From Desulfobacterales bacterium (GTDB taxonomy: Bacteria > Desulfobacterota > Desulfobacteria > Desulfobacterales > UBA5852), in NCBI GenBank assembly GCA_963674755.2, contig CAXXVS010000003.1, positions 2,176,001-2,240,000 of the forward strand: a stretch of 64,000 nt of DNA, read 5' to 3'. The translations under genes and the position numbers were made by a program. Shown piece by piece: positions 59,116 to 64,000 of this stretch. Positions within the stretch are counted from its first letter, which is position 1; every line of letters begins with the position of its first letter. The notes beneath the pieces were generated by a model. That model was not told the DNA's origin. It saw only the letters and a program-made list of their open reading frames with translations, and ran no database searches.

Positions 59116-60903
59116 ATGCGGCATGAAATATCACGACGGATTTTAAAGCCGGTTTTGGTTATGCTGGTGAGCGGCCTCTTGTTCTCGGCCGGTTGGTTTC
59201 CCCCAGGCGTGCGGGCGGACGACTGGCCGTTGGCCGCGGCCATCGAGGTCGAGCAGCGCCTGCAACCCCGGGTAATGGATGGGGTGGCGCTAAGCCGCGA
59301 TCAGGGTGCCAATCTGTGCGGCGCGCTGGCCCGCTTTTATCGCTATCGCAATTATGCGCCGGCCTGGGTGGACCGCTACGGTCTGCTGCCGGAGGCTGCG
59401 CTGGCCCTTGCGGTTCTCAAACAGGCTGACAATCAGGGGCTGCGCTACGCCGATTATTACGACTCCTGGGTGGATGACGTTTTAGGCGGGATGATCACGC
59501 GGCCGGTGATTCTGGGGGCGTCCTTCGACGGCAAGCAGGTCCAGCTCGATCTGACCTTGACCGATATGGTTCTGCGTTATGCCTACGACCGCGCCCTGGG
59601 GCGCATCGATCCCCACACGATTGCAGACCGCAGGGGCGCGGCCGCTCCCTCCCCGTCACGCGATCTGGCGCAGGAATTGGCGGAAATGCTGGACCGCGGC
59701 CGTTTGGCGGCCTTTTTCGAGAGGTTGGGGCCGCAACAGACGGCTTATCAGGCCTTGCGGAACAGTCTGCCGCGCTACAGGAAAATCGCGGCCGCCGGCG
59801 GCTGGGCGACCATCGATGAGGGGCCCAAACTGCAGCGGGGGGATTGCGATCCGCGGGTGGTTCAGCTCAGGGACCGCCTGGCCGTTTCCGGTGATGCCCG
59901 TCTTTCATCCGAATTCATGTCCCCGTGTTTCGATGATCGTCTGGCGGAGGCGGTGGCACGCTTTCAACACCGTCATGGACTGCATCCGGACGGGGTCGTG
60001 GGGGAGCGGACCCTGGCGGCGCTGAATGTTCCCGTGGAAACGCGTATCCGCCAGATTCAGGTGAATCTGGAGCGTTGGCGCTGGATGCCCGAAGACCTGG
60101 GGCCGCGTTATGTCCTGGCCAATATCCCCGGTTTCCAGCTTCAAATGGTCGACGACGGCCAGGTGGTTAAAACCCTGCGCACCATCGTGGGCAAGCAGGA
60201 TCGGCCCACCCCCGTGCTCACCAGCATGATCACCTATCTCGAAATCAATCCCTACTGGCATGTTCCGCCCACCATCGCCGGCAAGGACCTGCTTCCCAAA
60301 ATCCAGGCCGATCCCTCCTTTTTAACCCGCCAGCATTTCCGCGTTTTCGACGGCTGGGACGCGGAGGCCCACGAAATCAGCCCGTATGCCGTCGACTGGT
60401 CGGCTTTAAGCGAACGCCATTTTCCTTATCGGCTGCGCCAGGAGCCGGCGGCCGGCAATGCCCTGGGGCGTGTCAAAATCATGTTTCCCAATGATGACAG
60501 TGTCTACATTCACGATACCCCCGCCCGAAGTCTTTTCAACCGGACAGCCCGCTCGTTTTCTTCCGGCTGTGTGCGGGTGGAAGAGCCGTTGACCCTGGCC
60601 GGTCTGCTGCTGAGCCGCCAGGGCTGGGATCAAGACCGGCTGGCCCAGGCCGTGGCGGCCCATGACCGTCAGGTCGTCCCCCTGGAAGAACCGGTGCCCG
60701 TTTACCTGGTCTACTGGACGGCCTGGGCCGACCCCAACGGTGACATCCATTTCCGGGACGATATCTACGGACGCGACCAGACCCTGCTGGAGGCCATGAC
60801 CGCGCCTCCCGCCCTGCACACAACCTGCCGCAATGTCGAACCGCATCCCACCTACCTGGGAGATTATCGTGCCGGGGGATGGAGGGGGGCTTATTCGTTT
60901 TGA
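59116..60903 (+). CDS. L,D-transpeptidase (YcbB/LdtD-like) with peptidoglycan-binding domain
   Basis: FQHRHGL.PDGVVG..T, NLERWRW, NPYWHVP, NALGRVK, YIHDTP...SSGCVRV. Confidence 0.94.
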   Translation: MRHEISRRILKPVLVMLVSGLLFSAGWFPPGVRADDWPLAAAIEVEQRLQPRVMDGVALSRDQGANLCGALARFYRYRNYAPAWVDRYGLLPEAALALAVLKQADNQGLRYADYYDSWVDDVLGGMITRPVILGASFDGKQVQLDLTLTDMVLRYAYDRALGRIDPHTIADRRGAAAPSPSRDLAQELAEMLDRGRLAAFFERLGPQQTAYQALRNSLPRYRKIAAAGGWATIDEGPKLQRGDCDPRVVQLRDRLAVSGDARLSSEFMSPCFDDRLAEAVARFQHRHGLHPDGVVGERTLAALNVPVETRIRQIQVNLERWRWMPEDLGPRYVLANIPGFQLQMVDDGQVVKTLRTIVGKQDRPTPVLTSMITYLEINPYWHVPPTIAGKDLLPKIQADPSFLTRQHFRVFDGWDAEAHEISPYAVDWSALSERHFPYRLRQEPAAGNALGRVKIMFPNDDSVYIHDTPARSLFNRTARSFSSGCVRVEEPLTLAGLLLSRQGWDQDRLAQAVAAHDRQVVPLEEPVPVYLVYWTAWADPNGDIHFRDDIYGRDQTLLEAMTAPPALHTTCRNVEPHPTYLGDYRAGGWRGAYSF

Positions 60904-60981
60904 TTAAAACCTTGTGCCTCTGGTGGCGGACCCAGAGAGGTTCGACCGATCCAGGGAGCGTTTTTATAAGCGGATTCTTCA

Positions 60982-61167
60982 TTTTCTTGCACGTGCAAGA
61001 AAACAGAAGCAAAAGAAACCGCCCGTGTCCCGCTTAACCCTGCGCGTCGTCGCGACGGCCGGAGCACGCGGAAACTCGCCCCGCCTTCGCTAAAGCTACG
61101 GCGTGACTCAAACAGTCCGCGCGCTTTTATCCATCCGCCCCGCCGATGCTCAGCGCGGAACAAAGGG
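60982..61167. repeat. Nested-palindrome structured intergenic element
   Basis: 22-bp perfect palindrome at 60982-61003 followed by three nested imperfect inverted repeats spanning 61022-61167. Confidence 0.55.
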
Positions 61168-61398
61168 AAACCTGAAAACCGAAGGTAAAAAACCTTTTTC
61201 AGACTGCACAACGGACGCTCCCGACACTTTTCCCCTGCGCGGCGGCTGCGGCGTCTGCATTTTGCAGGAGTTTCCCGCCCCCCTGTTTTTCAAGGCTGGT
61301 TTCCTTCGGTCAAATGGACGGCGGACGATGGAGGTGTTATAGTGGCGCTTCGGCGTCAACCTTCACTTGTCATCCCGGACGGGAACCAGGCAGGTACC

Positions 61399-62199
61399 AT
61401 GACGATTTCCCTGATCATTTCTTCGGGTGCCGCCGGTGCCGAATCGGCGGCACTGGATGTGGCCCTGCGGCTGAAAATCCCTTACGACGGTTACACCGCC
61501 GCCAGTGCCCTGCTCGACACCCATCCCATGACCCGGCGCTACCGGCTGCGGGAGCAATCCTTTGCCAGCAGACGGGAGCAGGACGAAGCCAATGTGCGTC
61601 TGGCCGACGGCGTCCTGATCTTCACGCCGGGCGATCCCGATGTGGTTCCGGCGCAGGTGGAGGCCTATGCCCAGTCCTGCGGACGCCCCAGTTTTCTTGT
61701 CGATTTGAAAGCCATGGAGCCCTTGCAGGCTGCCTTTCATATCCGCATCTGGGCGGACAAGCACACCCCCGCGGGCCTGTTTGTGACGGGGGCCCGGGAG
61801 ACGGAAGAAACCCGCATCTATCAGGCCGTCTACGACAGCCTGTTCAGTTGTCTGATGCTGGGCCGCGACACCTATCCCGGACAGGGTCAGCCCGCGCCGG
61901 AAAAGAGACCCCTGCCCACCAGCGTTGCCGAGGCGGTCGTCTGTTTGGTCGAGGTTTTGTCGCTTAAGGACAAGGTCAGCATCGCCAACATGAGCGCCGA
62001 CGAGATCGGCGATTTAAACCAGACCCTCGGCAACTACATCCGCAACGCCTTCGGGCTGTGGTCCGGCAATGAGCGGCTCATGTGGTCGTGTGCCAAAGAA
62101 GCTGGCCGGAAGGTGTCCCGGGAGGATGAGGCGTCGGCCGTCATTCTGGGGCGTTTGGCGTTGGAGCTGGAGAAAACGCATAAACTGCGAAGTGTGTGA
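61399..62199 (+). CDS. SLOG (putative Moco-carrier/cpYpsA-like) domain fused to a DUF6794-like domain
   Basis: IISSGAAGAESAALDVA, ANVRLADGVLIF, VTGARE; C-terminal PTSVAEAV...LGNYIRNAFGLWSGN..L..SC. Confidence 0.7.
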   Translation: MTISLIISSGAAGAESAALDVALRLKIPYDGYTAASALLDTHPMTRRYRLREQSFASRREQDEANVRLADGVLIFTPGDPDVVPAQVEAYAQSCGRPSFLVDLKAMEPLQAAFHIRIWADKHTPAGLFVTGARETEETRIYQAVYDSLFSCLMLGRDTYPGQGQPAPEKRPLPTSVAEAVVCLVEVLSLKDKVSIANMSADEIGDLNQTLGNYIRNAFGLWSGNERLMWSCAKEAGRKVSREDEASAVILGRLALELEKTHKLRSV

Positions 62200-62566
62200 A
62201 GCATCAATGGTAGAAGCAGACCAGGATGGCCAAGAGCCCGATCAACAGGCCGATATAATCCATCGGTTCCATAAGCAATCACTTCTCTTCCATGCTAAAT
62301 GAACATTTTCCTGCGGGCCGGACATGATACCGGATGCTTTGCACAGCCATGGTCCGATTTCCCTTCGATGATTTCGGCAAGGCCTGATGCAAATTTCATA
62401 CTAGATAAGTCAAAATATGATTATCAATCATAACAGTTGGATAGGGCTTTAACCTTACTAAAACAATGGGCTTGATGAGAAATTATTTTCTCTTAGATCC
62501 ATCTGACCTGAGAAGTATTTTTCCCAAAATGAATGTGGGCTGATGGGCGGCCCGGGGATTGGACCC

Positions 62567-64000
62567 ATGCCCGAAGCGCAAACGACATCCCGCCGCATCC
62601 CTGTGCGATGGATCGTGACCCCGGCAGCCCTGCTGGTTGCCCTGATCCTGATGGCAGGTTATCTCCTGCTGCCCCTGGCAGCCGAGCGGTTCGTCGTGCC
62701 GGTGCTGTTCAAGGCGGCGGACATCCGGAATTATGTCCTGCCGGTCCGGGTGGTGAGTCCCTTTGGCATGGATCTGGGCGCGTTGCGCATCGGACCTGCG
62801 GCCTCCCCCGGGATTGCGGTGGCCGCCATCCGGGCGCGCTACCGCCCGACGGGGCTCCTGCGCGGCCACCTGACCCGCCTGACCCTCGATGGGGTGCGTA
62901 TTCGCCTGGTGGCCGAGCCGGACGGCGGATTCGAAATCCCCGGATTGCCCGCGTTCCGGGAGCGTTCCGGCGAAGACCAGGGGCCGTCTGTGAAGCTGCC
63001 GGTGACCGTTGCCCGGGTGGACGTCCGGCAGGGCGAGATCCTGATCGGAATGGCGGACAGGCAGGTCCTGATCCCCTTCGAAGCGCAGCTTGCGCCGTCG
63101 CCGGACATGCAGATCCTGGAGGGCTCTCTCACCCTGAAGGTGCCCGACCAGGGAGTGATTGTGCAGGGACGGATGGATTTGGCCGAAAACCGGCTGGTCG
63201 TGAAATGGGAGGGCCGCCGCCTTCGGCTGGGGGAACTGGCCCGTCTGGTGGGCCTGCAAAGCCTGACGGCCTTGACCGGGACCGGGGCGGTGGGCGGGGA
63301 GCTGCAGGGCCGCTTATCCCCCTTGAAGATCGAAACCGCTGCGCTGACCATGCGTCACACCCCCTGTCGACTGATCTGGGGCGATATCCGTCTTGATTTG
63401 GCAGGCGACACGTCCGCGGACGATCTACAGGCAACGATCAAACGCAATGGGGCCGGCCTCTGGGATGTGGATGCGGGCCCCATCCGGATGGTGCTCCCGG
63501 AGGGGGAGGGCCGTTTTACGATGACCGGTCAGCTGGCCAACAGGGCCGATGGCAGCTGGAACTGGCAGGGGAACCTTGCCGCGACAGTGGCGCTCGCCCT
63601 GGATGGCAACCGCCCTCTGCAGGGGGCCTGGCCCCTGGCGCTGGAAACAGCCGCCCGCTTGTCACCGGAGGGCCGCTGGCAGGCGGATCTCCAGCTGGCC
63701 GAATCCGGTCCTGCCGGAGGGAAGGGGGGCAAGGCCCGCGGAGCGCCATCACCCGCGCTGCATCTGGCAGGGCTGACGCTCCATGCGGAAGGCGAGCGCG
63801 CGCCGTTGCAGGCGGATATCCGCTGGCAGCTCCCGGCCCTCGACTGGACGCAGGGCGATCTGCATCTGCACGTTGAGGCTGTTGAAGGGACCACCCGCTA
63901 CCAGCATGATGGCGCGGCCGCCAAAGGCACCCTGGCCGTGACCCTGGGAGCGGCTACGGTCTCCGCTCCGGCCGGTACGGCCCGCCTGGAGGGCCTGCGG
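62567..64000 (+). CDS. YdbH/AsmA-like envelope protein (5' part, runs off the window)
   Basis: Manual translation from ATG 62567: MPEAQTTSRRIPVRWIVTPAALLVALILMAGYLLLP..., one N-terminal TM then amphipathic beta strands; no stop seen before the window end. Confidence 0.65.
   Translation, partial: MPEAQTTSRRIPVRWIVTPAALLVALILMAGYLLLPLAAERFVVPVLFKAADIRNYVLPVRVVSPFGMDLGALRIGPAASPGIAVAAIRARYRPTGLLRGHLTRLTLDGVRIRLVAEPDGGFEIPGLPAFRERSGEDQGPSVKLPVTVARVDVRQGEILIGMADRQVLIPFEAQLAPSPDMQILEGSLTLKVPDQGVIVQGRMDLAENRLVVKWEGRRLRLGELARLVGLQSLTALTGTGAVGGELQGRLSPLKIETAALTMRHTPCRLIWGDIRLDLAGDTSADDLQATIKRNGAGLWDVDAGPIRMVLPEGEGRFTMTGQLANRADGSWNWQGNLAATVALALDGNRPLQGAWPLALETAARLSPEGRWQADLQLAESGPAGGKGGKARGAPSPALHLAGLTLHAEGERAPLQADIRWQLPALDWTQGDLHLHVEAVEGTTRYQHDGAAAKGTLAVTLGAATVSAPAGTARLEGLR

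Overview
GC-rich bacterial chromosomal segment. Gene content (many sigma-54 activators, Mop/AOR aldehyde oxidoreductases, TusE/DsrC-like protein, FeS-DUF3786 protein) suggests a sulfate-reducing deltaproteobacterium (Desulfobacterota); this is an inference. Layout, left to right: (1) housekeeping block of rhomboid protease, nadC, valS, an acidic PopZ-like gene, rsmE and tRNA-Phe(GAA); (2) a decayed accessory patch after the tRNA (about 6.5-16.3 kb) with a GSU2403-type nucleotidyltransferase behind a duplicated inverted-repeat site, an M48/YgjP fragment, a secreted CARDB protein, a HAD hydrolase, a Bacteroidota-like PEP carboxylase and a 5'-truncated rtcR; (3) a Lrp-led operon with a dgcA/dgcN-like pair, a D-aminoacylase-family enzyme, a peptide ABC transporter and EamA; (4) a two-component/sigma-54 controlled operon USP-TauE-TIGR02186-PEP-synthase-like protein lacking its pyruvate barrel-REC-USP-USP; (5) a sigma-54 operon with a LIV-type ABC transporter, Fe-ADH, W-type AOR, Mo-type Mop, TusE and cysteine desulfurase; (6) USP, LysR/CMD, a secreted Gly/Asp tandem-repeat protein, a small lipoprotein, an L,D-transpeptidase, a SLOG-DUF6794 protein and the start of a YdbH-like gene. 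No CRISPR array, rRNA, integrase or transposase was seen. Best novelty candidates: the PopZ-like gene upstream of valS, the barrel-less PEP-synthase/TauE system, and the possibly autoregulated lone nucleotidyltransferase beside tRNA-Phe. All family calls come from motif recognition by eye, with no database searches.
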